From: Verrucomicrobiota bacterium
GTDB lineage: Bacteria; Verrucomicrobiota; Verrucomicrobiia; Limisphaerales; CANJSG01
Length of the DNA stretch: 18,449 nucleotides
Assembly: GCA_038209745.1 (NCBI GenBank)
Contig: JBBQXJ010000091.1
Span: 1-18,449 of the forward strand
Reading direction: 5' to 3'
The notes beneath the pieces were generated by a model. It was not told the DNA's origin and did not search any database. It worked only from the letters and a program-made list of their open reading frames with translations. A program made the translations under genes and the position numbers. Positions 1 to 9,624 of this stretch are shown here, piece after piece (position 1 is the first letter of the stretch; every line of letters starts with the position of its first letter).

Positions 1-318
1 GTGGTGGAACACATCGGAGGGGCGGTGTTGGCCCGGTGTTTCCACTGTCTGGCCCGGGGTGGAACCATCGTCACCTGCGGCGCGACAGCCGGCCAAACTG
101 TGCCGCTCGATCTCTGGCCGATCTTCGTGAAACAGCAGCGGCTGGTCGGAAGCTACGGCCGCAACCGGGCGGACATGGTTCGCACGCTGAAGTTCGTCGA
201 GGAGGGAAAGCTCCGGCCGGTGATCGACCGGGTCCTTCCGTTGGACCAGGCGGAGGAGGCGTTCCAAGCGCTGAGGGAGCGGAGGGTCCTGGGCAAGGTC
301 GTGGTGACCGTGGAATGA
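1..318 (+). CDS. C-terminal part of a medium-chain dehydrogenase/reductase (zinc-binding dehydrogenase or quinone oxidoreductase family); 5' end lies outside the window
   Basis: GGTIVTCGATAG, QQRLVGSYG, GKLRPVIDRVLPL and terminal GKVVV are typical MDR C-terminal motifs; TGA ends at 318. Confidence 0.88.
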   Translation: MVEHIGGAVLARCFHCLARGGTIVTCGATAGQTVPLDLWPIFVKQQRLVGSYGRNRADMVRTLKFVEEGKLRPVIDRVLPLDQAEEAFQALRERRVLGKVVVTVE

Positions 319-331
319 AGGCCCGACGAGC

Positions 332-371
332 AAAGAAGAACCGGAGCCAGCGGATAGCTGGGCTCCGGTTT
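332..371 (-). terminator. Intrinsic terminator for sodA, possibly bidirectional
   Basis: Stem AACCGGAGCC (339-348) / GGCTCCGGTT (361-370) with inner AGC/GCT pairs; pyrimidine tail TTCTTCTTTG on the minus strand; lies between convergent genes. Confidence 0.7.
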
Positions 372-394
372 GAGGGGACGAAGCGGGAAGCGGC

Positions 395-1027
<633 letters not shown>

Positions 1028-1093
1028 GATTTGTATGTGGTTGATTGACCGAGGGCTCGGCGGCAGGCGCCAAGCCTTCACGGAATGGATAAA

Positions 1094-1121
1094 ACTTTAA
1101 GGGAGGTCGCTTTCAACGCAA
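1094..1121 (-). promoter_or_regulatory. Possible sigma70-type promoter for sodA
   Basis: TTGCGT-N16-TAAAGT on the minus strand in the nadA-sodA gap. Confidence 0.35.
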
Positions 1122-1155
1122 GCGCCTCATCCGACGAATCATTTCGAAGCCAGGC

Positions 1156-2172
1156 TCAACCCGCGTTCTCCAGGGGCCGCACCGAGATCTCCAGCATCCG
1201 CTCGATGGGCTGGCGGGCGCGCTCGATGATCTCCTTGGGCAGTTCGACGCGGGGCGCAAGGTTCAGCATGCAGTCATGCAGTTTCTCCAGCGTGTTCATC
1301 TTCATGAATCGGCACTCGTTGCAGCGGCAGTTGTCGGTCGGCGCGGGAATGAAGGTCTTGCCGGGGCATTCCTTCATCAGCCGATGGATCATGGCCGATT
1401 CGGTCGCGATGATGATCGCCGGAGCCGGACTGGACTTGCAGTAGGCAATCATTTTTTCGGTCGAGCAAACCTCGTCGGCCAGCATCCGCACCGCCTTGGT
1501 GCATTCAGGATGTGCGACCAGCGGCGCGTCCGGATACTGCTGCCGGATACGGGTGATGTTCTGGTGGGTCCACTCGACATGGACGTAACAATTGCCCTTC
1601 CAAAGGGTCATCGGCCGGCCGGTCTGCTCGATCACCCAGGCGCCGAGGTTTTCGTCGGGGACGAAGAGCAGATCCCGGTCTTTGGGCGCGGCTTCGACGA
1701 TCTTCTTGGCGTTGCCGCTGGTCACGATCACGTCGCTGAGCGCCTTCACCTCGGCCGAGCAGTTGATGTAGGCGATGGTGTAGAAGTTGGGGTTCGTGGC
1801 CTGGAGCGCCTTCAGCTTCTCGGCGGGGCAGCTTTCCTCCAGCGAACAGCCGGCGTCGGCGTCGGGCAGGATGACGATCTTGTCGGGGTTCAGGATCTTG
1901 GCCGTCTCCGCCATGAAATGGACGCCGCAGAAGACGATGACGTCGGCGCTGGTCTTGGCCGCCTGCTGGGAAAGGCCGAGCGAATCGCCCACGTAGTCGG
2001 CCACGTCCTGGATCTCCGGGAGCTGGTAGTTGTGGGCGAGGATGACGGCGTTGAGCTTCTTTTTCAGCGCGAGGATGTCGCGGGAAAGGGAATCGAGCTG
2101 CGCGGGCGGAAGGGGTTTCCGCGTCACAAAATCGAGGTTCCCAGGAAGTTTGGCGACCGGCGCTGTAGTCAT
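1156..2172 (-). CDS. nadA: Quinolinate synthase A ([4Fe-4S] enzyme)
   Basis: ILAHNYQ, GDSLGL, FCGVHFMAETAKILNP, AGCSL, YINCSAEVKA, GNCYVH, AHPEC, CNECRFMK; three cluster cysteines present. Confidence 0.97.
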   Translation of the reverse strand: MTTAPVAKLPGNLDFVTRKPLPPAQLDSLSRDILALKKKLNAVILAHNYQLPEIQDVADYVGDSLGLSQQAAKTSADVIVFCGVHFMAETAKILNPDKIVILPDADAGCSLEESCPAEKLKALQATNPNFYTIAYINCSAEVKALSDVIVTSGNAKKIVEAAPKDRDLLFVPDENLGAWVIEQTGRPMTLWKGNCYVHVEWTHQNITRIRQQYPDAPLVAHPECTKAVRMLADEVCSTEKMIAYCKSSPAPAIIIATESAMIHRLMKECPGKTFIPAPTDNCRCNECRFMKMNTLEKLHDCMLNLAPRVELPKEIIERARQPIERMLEISVRPLENAG

Positions 2173-2178
2173 TGGAAA

Positions 2179-2207
2179 AATCTAAGGTCCGGCCGGGCAG
2201 GGGTCAA
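2179..2207 (-). promoter_or_regulatory. Sigma70-type promoter of nadA, likely giving a leaderless transcript
   Basis: TTGACC (2207-2202), N17, TAGATT (2184-2179), 6 nt, then ATG (2172). Confidence 0.65.
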
Positions 2208-2260
2208 CGAGGGGAAGATGCGCGCAATCCACGAGCCCTGAACGAGCGCCAACCACGCGG

Positions 2261-2289
2261 TTCCCAATGTGCCGAGGGCCATCTAGCCT
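2261..2289 (+). promoter_or_regulatory. Sigma70-type promoter of the NYN gene, likely leaderless
   Basis: TTCCCA (2261-2266), N17, TAGCCT (2284-2289), 6 nt, then ATG (2296). Confidence 0.5.
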
Positions 2290-2295
2290 CCTTGC

Positions 2296-2766
2296 ATGGC
2301 GCTTGTCCGCATTTTGGTCGACGGTTACAGCCTGCTGCACGCCTGGCCGGAGATCGCGCCCGGCCAGCCGCGGCATTCGGCGGCCGCGCGGGAGGAACTG
2401 CTGTCGATCCTGGGCCAGTATCAGGACTTCAACGGGACACCGATCACGGTGTTCTTCGACGGGGGCGGGGCGCCGTTTGGAACGCCGAAGGTCCATTCGA
2501 CGCGGAATCTTGAGATTCTCTATTCAAAGGCGGGCCGGACGGCCGATGACATGATCGAACGGACTGCGCACCGGCTGAAGCCCTATGGCGAGGCGTTGGT
2601 CGTGACGAACGACTTCGCCGAGCGGGACATGATCATCGGCATGGGGCACCACTATTCGAGCTGCGAGAACTTCATCCGGGAAATCGGAAACGTGCTGCAG
2701 GACTTGCGGACGGAAGTGGAGCGGATCAGCCGCCGGGAACGCGTCCAGTTCAAGAGACCAAGATGA
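2296..2766 (+). CDS. NYN-domain ribonuclease, YacP/Rae1-like
   Basis: ILVDGYS, ITVFFDG, YSKAGRTADDMIER and VVTNDFAE carry the conserved acidic residues of the YacP-like NYN/PIN fold. Confidence 0.9.
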   Translation: MALVRILVDGYSLLHAWPEIAPGQPRHSAAAREELLSILGQYQDFNGTPITVFFDGGGAPFGTPKVHSTRNLEILYSKAGRTADDMIERTAHRLKPYGEALVVTNDFAERDMIIGMGHHYSSCENFIREIGNVLQDLRTEVERISRRERVQFKRPR

Positions 2767-4016
2767 AGTGGATCCGGGTATTTTGCCTGCTGGGATGGAT
2801 CGCAGCAGGGGTGCAGGCGGCCGACGCGACGCGTCCGGCACCACGACGCTTTCTGCTCATCGTGGAGACTTCCTCGGCTTCGACGAAGTGTTCCACCGCC
2901 GTCGAGAGCGCGGTTCGCCAACTGGTCGGCGGGGCTTTCGACGGAAAGATGAAGCCCGGCGACACGCTGGGTGTCTGGACCTATCAGGACACTCTCGACG
3001 TCGGCTTTCCCATGCACTTCTGGAAACCATCGGCGGCGTGGCCTTTGTCGGAGGCCATCGTGGAGCACTTGCGGAAACGCAGGTGGGACCAGCCGCCGAT
3101 CTGGGAGAACGTCCTGACTCCCCTGCGGCGGGTCGCGGACGTTTCGGATGATTTGACCGTCGCGGTGATTACCAGCCCTGGAAGCCGGTTGAGCATGGGG
3201 GCCGAGCTTGATGCGCGGATCGGTGCCGTCTACGCGGAAGCCGAAGCGGGCCTGCGCAGGAGCAAGCTGCCGTTCGTGACTTTCTTCGCCATTCGGAACG
3301 GCAAACTGGTGGACGCGGCCGTCAATTCCGGGATCGGACCGTGGACGATTCCCGATCCTCCCGTGCCGCCCCGCCCCCAACCGGAGCCCGCTCGCGAGGC
3401 GGGCGTCCCGGTGAAGCTGGCCCCAAGGAGACTTTCGACCCAGGACACGATGCCCGTGCTCTTCGCCAGTTCCAATGCCTCCCAAGTCCTGGCTGCAGTC
3501 GCCGCTGCGCCGCCGATTCGCCGGGCGGATGACACGGTGGCGGAACCCAAGGTGGTGGAACCCGCGAAGATCGCGCCGCCGGTCGTCCTGCCGAAGAGCG
3601 AGCCGCCGGTCGCGGTCATTCCAACGGCGACTCCGAAGACAGTTTCTCCCGACCCTGCCGTTCTTCCGACGCCCGCACCGCCGAATCGGGTGCCAGTGGC
3701 GGCCGTTGTCAGTGAGACGGCCAAGGTCCTGCCGCTGGCAGCTCCGAAGATCCCGTCGCCGGAGGTTGCTGTGCGGGTCGAAGCGGTGGCTCCCGGCCCG
3801 GCGACCGCTGTGGCGACGGTCGCTCCGAAACCGAGACCTGCCGCGCCGAGACCGGCAACGATCGTCGCGTCGGTGGAGGACTCCGGGAAAGTCTACCTGG
3901 CCTTGGGACTGGGATTGAGCGTGCTGGCGGTTGCAGCGCTCTGGCGCCTTCTTAAGCGCGGCCGGCGAGTCTCCATGCCGTCGAGTTTGATCACCCAGTC
4001 GCTGGATCGGCGTTGA
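2763..4016 (+). CDS. Exported membrane-anchored hypothetical protein: signal peptide, vWA-like domain, Pro/Ala/Val-rich stalk, C-terminal TM helix
   Basis: Signal MKWIRVFCLLGWIAAGVQA; RFLLIVETSSAS resembles a degenerate MIDAS strand; about 180 aa Pro-rich; TM YLALGLGLSVLAVAALW followed by RLLKRGRR. ATGA overlap with the NYN gene. Confidence 0.8.
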   Translation: MKWIRVFCLLGWIAAGVQAADATRPAPRRFLLIVETSSASTKCSTAVESAVRQLVGGAFDGKMKPGDTLGVWTYQDTLDVGFPMHFWKPSAAWPLSEAIVEHLRKRRWDQPPIWENVLTPLRRVADVSDDLTVAVITSPGSRLSMGAELDARIGAVYAEAEAGLRRSKLPFVTFFAIRNGKLVDAAVNSGIGPWTIPDPPVPPRPQPEPAREAGVPVKLAPRRLSTQDTMPVLFASSNASQVLAAVAAAPPIRRADDTVAEPKVVEPAKIAPPVVLPKSEPPVAVIPTATPKTVSPDPAVLPTPAPPNRVPVAAVVSETAKVLPLAAPKIPSPEVAVRVEAVAPGPATAVATVAPKPRPAAPRPATIVASVEDSGKVYLALGLGLSVLAVAALWRLLKRGRRVSMPSSLITQSLDRR

Positions 4017-4075
4017 GGTGGAACCGGCGTTTTTCTGGAGCTGCCGGAGCCTGATTCTGAACAACGGGTCCTCCG

Positions 4076-4516
4076 TCAGGGATTGAACTCTTCGACATAG
4101 GAGGGCTCGCCGCAGAGCTCCAACCGAACTCCTCGTCCGCTGATGGTCACTGTGTGGCCGGTGTTGAAAGTCAGTCGAAGCACGGCCGAGGTCGCGATTG
4201 AAAGCGGCACCGGAAGCAGACCTCCAAGGCACGCGCCGGCGAAGGCCAATTCCCCTTTCCAGACCTCGCTGGGCAGATCCGACACGTCCCCAACGACGGT
4301 GCCCTCGTCGAAGAACAAACGAGCGTCTTGGATCCAGCCTGCGCCAGGATCGGTTCCGGGGTTGCCGGTGGATCTGTGAAGGTAGGTCCATTGCGGGTCG
4401 GCGAGTTCCCGGCGCCCCGGTCTGCGAGCGGGGAGCCGGATCGAGTTTCGCCATTTATGCAAATCCTCTGGTGGACACGGACAAGCACAGGTGCTGGCAT
4501 CGGAGCACTTCCCCAT
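4076..4516 (-). pseudogene. Hypothetical protein, probably 5'-truncated; protein-like part about 4076-4390
   Basis: YLHRSTGNPGTDPGAGWIQ...LPVPL...GEPSYVEEF reads as a beta-rich globular protein. The first ~40 codons look non-coding and there is no convincing start. Confidence 0.5.
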
Positions 4517-4542
4517 CGGTGCTTACCTGCGTCCATCCATGT

Positions 4543-4821
4543 TTGAAGAGGAGCCTCGCGACGGCCGCTCTGTTGGTTGCGGTTTCGGCGGCGGCGGGCG
4601 AGTGGGTCCACGCCAAAAATGGCTCCGGCATCAACGGTTACAAGGCCACCCTCATGCTCCCATGGTGGGGCGTCCCCGTTCACCTTGACCGGGAGATCTG
4701 CGGCGAAACCGGGCTTCGCATTCTGCCCGCCAACATCCGGAAGCTGGAACATGGCCCCGTGGAACTCCACGGCCACAATTGCCCCGTCCGCTTCCGCAAT
4801 CTTGGGATTCGCCCGCTCTGA
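4543..4821 (+). pseudogene. Internally deleted DUF1080 (3-keto-disaccharide hydrolase-like) remnant, 92 codons
   Basis: Signal-like (M)KRSLATAALLVAVSAAA. GEWVHAKNGSGINGY resembles the family N-motif and GPVELHGHNCPVRFRNLGIRPL the family C-motif. Its TGA overlaps the symporter ATG (TGATG). Confidence 0.6.
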
Positions 4822-6320
4822 TGTCGTCCCTCTCCGCCATCGATCTGCTCGTCGTCGTGGTCTATCTGGCCGCGATGGTCGGCATCGGTCTGTGGGTCGG
4901 GCGCAACGGACAGAACACCGAGAAGTTCATGGCCGCCGGTCGCAGCGTGCCCGGATGGGCCGTCGGTCTTTCGATCTTCGGCACCTACGTCAGCAGCATC
5001 AGCTTCCTCGCGTTGCCCGGAAAAGCCTTCGGCTCGAACTGGAGCGCGTTCGCCTTCAGTCTCTCGATTCCGCTGACCACGTGGGTCGCGGTGAAGTGGT
5101 TCGTGCCGTTCTACCGCCGTTCGGGCCAGGTCTCGGCCTACCAGCATCTGGAGCAACGCTTCGGCCCCTGGGCCCGCACCTACGCGGTCGTCTGCTATCT
5201 GCTGACCCAGCTCGCCCGCACGGGCACGATCCTCTATCTGCTCGCGCTTGCCTTGGCGCCGCTCACGGGTCTGTCGATGCCCACCATCATTCTCGGTGCC
5301 GGCGCCATGGTGATCGTCTACACGCTGACCGGCGGCATGGAGGCGGTGATCTGGACCGATGTGATCCAGAGCCTCGTGTTCATGGCGGGGGCGACGGCCT
5401 GCGTCGTGGTGCTCTTCGCCCGGATGCCGGAGGGGCCGGGGCAGCTCTTCAGCGTGGCGTCGGAGCATGGGAAGTTCAGCCTGGGGAGCTTCGGGCCGGA
5501 CCTCGCCCAGGCGACGTTTTGGGTCGTTCTGCTGAACGGCATCTTCATCAATCTCCAGAACTTCGGGATCGATCAAAGCTATGTGCAGCGCTACCAGACG
5601 GCGAAGACCGACCGTGAAGCGGCCCGCAGCGTCTGGCTCGGAGCACTTCTTTACCTGCCGATCTCGGCCGTGTTTTTCTTCATCGGGACCGGGCTCTTCG
5701 CCTTTTACGCCGCGCGGCCGGATCTGTTGCCCGCGACCGTCGATGCGGTGAACAAACCGGATTCCGTCTTTCCCCACTTCATCGTCGCGCAGCTTCCGGT
5801 TGGGGTCACAGGCCTGGTCATCGCCAGCATCTTCGCCGCGGCGCAGTCGACCGTCTCCAGCTCGATCAACTGCTCCGCGACGCTGGTGCTCTGCGATCTC
5901 TACAAACGCTACTTCCGACCTGACGCCACGGAACGGCAGTCGATGAGGGTGCTCCGGGTTGCGACCTTGGTCATCGGGATATCGGGCGCCGGAACGGCAC
6001 TGGCGATGATGCGGATCAAGAGCGCCCTCGACGCTTGGTGGAGTCTCGCCAGCATCTTCAGCGGCGGAATGCTGGGGCTGTTCCTGCTCGGCTTGCTCGC
6101 CCGACGGGCCGGAAACGTGGCGGCCAAAGCCGGAGTCTCGATCGGTGTCCTGCTGATCACCTGGATGAGTGTTTCTCCGCGGTTGACCGGCGACTGGGAA
6201 CCGTTCCGCAGTCCGTTCAACACCCTCTTGATCGTTGTCGTCAGCACCCTGTCGATCCTGATCGTGGGCGTGGTGGTCAGCCGCTTCGTGAAACGGTCGG
6301 AATCAACTTCTGTTCAATGA
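4821..6320 (+). CDS. Sodium:solute symporter (SSS family), probably for a sugar or sugar acid
   Basis: FMAAGRSVPGWAVGLSIFGTYVSSISFLALPG, YTLTGGMEAVIWTDVIQ, IDQSYVQRY, FAAAQSTVSSSIN; many TM segments. ATG 4821 preferred because of the overlap. Confidence 0.95.
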   Translation: MSSLSAIDLLVVVVYLAAMVGIGLWVGRNGQNTEKFMAAGRSVPGWAVGLSIFGTYVSSISFLALPGKAFGSNWSAFAFSLSIPLTTWVAVKWFVPFYRRSGQVSAYQHLEQRFGPWARTYAVVCYLLTQLARTGTILYLLALALAPLTGLSMPTIILGAGAMVIVYTLTGGMEAVIWTDVIQSLVFMAGATACVVVLFARMPEGPGQLFSVASEHGKFSLGSFGPDLAQATFWVVLLNGIFINLQNFGIDQSYVQRYQTAKTDREAARSVWLGALLYLPISAVFFFIGTGLFAFYAARPDLLPATVDAVNKPDSVFPHFIVAQLPVGVTGLVIASIFAAAQSTVSSSINCSATLVLCDLYKRYFRPDATERQSMRVLRVATLVIGISGAGTALAMMRIKSALDAWWSLASIFSGGMLGLFLLGLLARRAGNVAAKAGVSIGVLLITWMSVSPRLTGDWEPFRSPFNTLLIVVVSTLSILIVGVVVSRFVKRSESTSVQ

Positions 6321-7969
6321 AGAAACCCGCGAGCCCTTCTGCGTCGGCCCTTGGTCTCGATTTCGGGACCGAGTCGGTTCGGGCGCTGCTCGTCGACTTG
6401 CGCGGCCGTGAACGGGGTTCCGCCGTTGCCCGTTACCGACACGGCCAGATCGTGGAGCGGCTTCCCGGCACCGATGAAAAGCTGCCACCCGGCTTCGCCC
6501 TGCAGCATCCGCAGGACTGGATCGACAGCGCGGCCGGCGCCGTGCGCGCCGCGCTTCGCACGGCCAAGGCGACGGCCGACGAAGTGGTCGGTTTGGGCGT
6601 TGATTTCACCAGTTGCACCATGCTTCCGGCGCTGGCCGACGGCACGCCGCTCTGTCTGACCCCCAAGTTCGCCGGCAACAAATACGCTTGGCCCAAACTC
6701 TGGAAACACCACGCCGCCCAGTCCCAGACCGACCGGCTTAATTTCGTGGCTCGGGAGCGCGGTGAACCCTGGTTGAGCCGCTACGGCGGCACCGTCGGGC
6801 TGGAGTGGTTCTTCCCCAAGGTGCTGGAAACATTGGAGCGGGCTCCGAAGGTCTATGCCGTCACCGAGGTGTGGCTGGAGGCGGGGGATTGGTTCGTCTG
6901 GCAGCTCGTCGGCGGCCCCGCGTGCGACCTGCCGCGCTCGACCTGCCAGGCGGGCTATAAAGGACTTTGGAGCCGCAAAGACGGCTTTCCGTCGCAGGAC
7001 TTCTTCGCGGCCCTGCATCCAAAACTGGAGAACGTCGTCGCCGAGAAGATGCCCGGCCGCTTCGTCGCGCCCGGGGCCAAGGCCGGTGGATTGACTTCCG
7101 CCATGGCGAAGAAGCTGGGCCTGCGTGCCGGCACCCCGGTCAGCGCGGCGACGATCGATGCGCACGCCGGCGTTCCCGGCTGTGGAGCCGCCGAGGCGGG
7201 CGTGCTCGTCATGGTGATGGGAACAAGTAGCTGCCACATGCTGAACGGGGCCGTGGCCTGTGCAACGATGCAGTGCGTCCCGGGCGTGGCCGGCATCGTG
7301 GAGGATGGGATTCTCCCCGGCTTCATTGGCTACGAAACCGGCCAGGCCGCCGTCGGTGATGCCTTCGATTGGCTGCGCCGCATCACGGGCCATGCCGACT
7401 TCACCGAACTCACCGCCGCCGCCGCCAAGCTCCCTCCCGGCGCCGAAGGCGTTCTCTGCCTCGACTGGTTCAACGGCTGCCGAACCCCGTTGATGGACGG
7501 ATCGCTCTCCGGCGGTTTCAGCGGACTGACGCTGGGCCACGGCGCGGCCCATCTCTACCGCGCTCTCCTGGAGGCGTCGGCCTTTGGCTTGAAATGGATC
7601 GTCGATCTGTTGCGGGAGCACGGCGTGCCGGTGAAACGCTTCATCGCGACCGGCGGACTGCCGCATCACAATCCGCTCCTCGTCCAGATCTGCGCCGACG
7701 TGCTCGGAGAATCCGTCGCGGTCCATCCGAGCGAGCACGGACCGGCGCTCGGGGCCGCCATTCTCGGAGCCTTGGCCGCAGGACCGGAGGCGACGGGATT
7801 CCGCGATGTTGCCGGTGCGATTCGAGCGATGGCTTCGCCGCCGTCGGTTCGACGAGCGACTCGGATCGTCAAACCACGGCCCGCCGCCGTGCGGGCCTAC
7901 GCGACGGTGTATCCACGCTATCGTGCCTGGGCTGACACCATGGGAAACCGAAAGGTCCAATCCAAATGA
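6317..7969 (+). CDS. araB: Ribulokinase (FGGY family)
   Basis: LGLDFGTESVRA, ALQHPQDW, GVDFTSCT, KLWKHHAAQ, RYGG, IDAHAG, MGTSSCHM, GYETGQAAVGD, LDWFNGCRTP. ATGA overlaps at both ends. Confidence 0.9.
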   Translation: MKKPASPSASALGLDFGTESVRALLVDLRGRERGSAVARYRHGQIVERLPGTDEKLPPGFALQHPQDWIDSAAGAVRAALRTAKATADEVVGLGVDFTSCTMLPALADGTPLCLTPKFAGNKYAWPKLWKHHAAQSQTDRLNFVARERGEPWLSRYGGTVGLEWFFPKVLETLERAPKVYAVTEVWLEAGDWFVWQLVGGPACDLPRSTCQAGYKGLWSRKDGFPSQDFFAALHPKLENVVAEKMPGRFVAPGAKAGGLTSAMAKKLGLRAGTPVSAATIDAHAGVPGCGAAEAGVLVMVMGTSSCHMLNGAVACATMQCVPGVAGIVEDGILPGFIGYETGQAAVGDAFDWLRRITGHADFTELTAAAAKLPPGAEGVLCLDWFNGCRTPLMDGSLSGGFSGLTLGHGAAHLYRALLEASAFGLKWIVDLLREHGVPVKRFIATGGLPHHNPLLVQICADVLGESVAVHPSEHGPALGAAILGALAAGPEATGFRDVAGAIRAMASPPSVRRATRIVKPRPAAVRAYATVYPRYRAWADTMGNRKVQSK

Positions 7970-9621
7970 AGGGACGCAGTCTCAAACGAGCCGCCGAGAC
8001 ACCGGCATCGCCATCACGCACCGTCCATCTCGTCGCCAGCGGAGATCTGCGCCTCAGCGCGAACCGTGTCTGCTGGCCCGCGCAGGCCGCGATGGAGGCG
8101 GCTTTGACCCGGGCGCTGAAGGCCGAAGGTTGGCGGGTGGTCAGGGGCCATGCGCTCGACAAGTCCAAGGGCCACGGTTTCATCGATTCGCAGAAGCGGG
8201 GCATCGAGGTCTTTCGCGACATTCCGGAGGACGCGCCGCTCATCGTGGCGGAGGCCGTCTGGCAATACTCGCACCACGTCCTCGCGGGCCTCACCACCCA
8301 TCGCGGCCCCATCCTGACGGTGGCGAATTGGAGCGGCCAGTGGCCGGGCCTGGTCGGGTTGCTGAACCTCAACGCCTCCTTGACCAAGGCGGACGTGAAG
8401 TATGCGTCGCTCTGGAGCGAGACCTTCACCGATGCCTTCTTCATGAGCGGACTTCGCGAATGGCTCGACACCGGGACGGTCACCCACGACCTGTCGCACG
8501 TGCGGGATTTGGCGCTGCTGAAACTGCCGGCCGAGGATGAGCGGGTGGGTCGCGGGTTCGGTCGCCGTTTCCAGCGGGAGAAGGCCATTCTCGGAGTCTT
8601 CGACGAAGGGTGCATGGGCATGTTCAACGCCATCGTGCCGGACGCGCTGCTGCATCCGACCGGCGTCTTCAAGGAGCGTCTGAGCCAGTCCACGCTCTAC
8701 GCCGCGATGCTGCGGGTGGGCGACGCGGATGCCGCCGGCGTGCTGGCTTGGCTGCGGAGGAAAGGCCTCCGGTTCGAGCTCGGCACGAACGAGGAGACCG
8801 ATCTGACCGAGTCGCAGCTTCTGCAACAGGGCAAGATGTATGTGGCGGCCGTCCGTCTGGCCGACGAGTTCGGTTGCGCGGCCATCGGCATCCAATACCA
8901 GCAGGGGCTGAAGGATCTCGCGCCGGCCAGCGACCTGGTCGAAGGCATGCTGAACAATGTCGACCGGCCTCCGGTGAAGTCGGAGGACGGTCGGCGTGTG
9001 CTCTTCCCGGGGGAGGCGTTGCCGCACTTCAACGAGGTGGACGAATGCGCCGGTCTCGATGGATTGGTCACCTATCGCCTGTGGCGCGAGCTGGGCTTCG
9101 CGCCGGAGAACACGCTGCACGATCTGCGCTGGGGGCGGCAGTTTCGCGGGGAGGGCATCGACGCCTATGTCTGGGTGCTGCTCATCAGCGGGGCCGCGCC
9201 ACCGGCGCACTTCGTCGGTGGTTGGAAAGGCGCGAGCAGCGAACGTCAGCCTGGCATGTATTTCCGGCTGGGTGGCGGCACGCTCAAGGGTGTCAGCAAA
9301 GCCGGACACCTTGTCTGGAGCCGGGTCTACGTGGCCGGGCAGCGATTGCACGCCGACGTGGGCGTGGCGGAGGCGGTCCAGTTGCCCGAAGCGGAGACCG
9401 AAGCCCGCTGGCGCGAAACCACGCCGCAATGGCCGATCCTGCACGCCGTCTTCAAGGGCGTGTCCCGCGACCAGATGATGGCGCGGCACAAGTCGAACCA
9501 CGTCCAGGTGGTCTATTGTCCGAACGAAAAGCAGGCCCACCGCGCCGCCCGCATCAAGGCTGTGGCGTTGGCGACGCTGGGGTTGGAGGTGCATTTCTGC
9601 GGTGATGTCCGTCTGTCCTGA
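7966..9621 (+). CDS. L-fucose/L-arabinose isomerase superfamily protein (FucI-like, substrate unknown)
   Basis: 551 aa. ASGDLRLSAN near the N-terminus and GIQYQQG. FNEVD, LHDLRWG and KSNH align by eye with the FucI Glu/Asp/His metal ligands. Confidence 0.8.
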   Translation: MKGRSLKRAAETPASPSRTVHLVASGDLRLSANRVCWPAQAAMEAALTRALKAEGWRVVRGHALDKSKGHGFIDSQKRGIEVFRDIPEDAPLIVAEAVWQYSHHVLAGLTTHRGPILTVANWSGQWPGLVGLLNLNASLTKADVKYASLWSETFTDAFFMSGLREWLDTGTVTHDLSHVRDLALLKLPAEDERVGRGFGRRFQREKAILGVFDEGCMGMFNAIVPDALLHPTGVFKERLSQSTLYAAMLRVGDADAAGVLAWLRRKGLRFELGTNEETDLTESQLLQQGKMYVAAVRLADEFGCAAIGIQYQQGLKDLAPASDLVEGMLNNVDRPPVKSEDGRRVLFPGEALPHFNEVDECAGLDGLVTYRLWRELGFAPENTLHDLRWGRQFRGEGIDAYVWVLLISGAAPPAHFVGGWKGASSERQPGMYFRLGGGTLKGVSKAGHLVWSRVYVAGQRLHADVGVAEAVQLPEAETEARWRETTPQWPILHAVFKGVSRDQMMARHKSNHVQVVYCPNEKQAHRAARIKAVALATLGLEVHFCGDVRLS

Positions 9622-9624
9622 CCC

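Noticed and set aside
2652..4454. 600-aa Arg-rich minus-strand ORF
   Set aside because: Antisense to the Pro-rich gene; composition is not protein-like.
6035..6316. 94-aa N-terminal extension of araB in the ORF track
   Set aside because: Overlaps the symporter; the family motif begins after ATG 6317, which forms an ATGA overlap.
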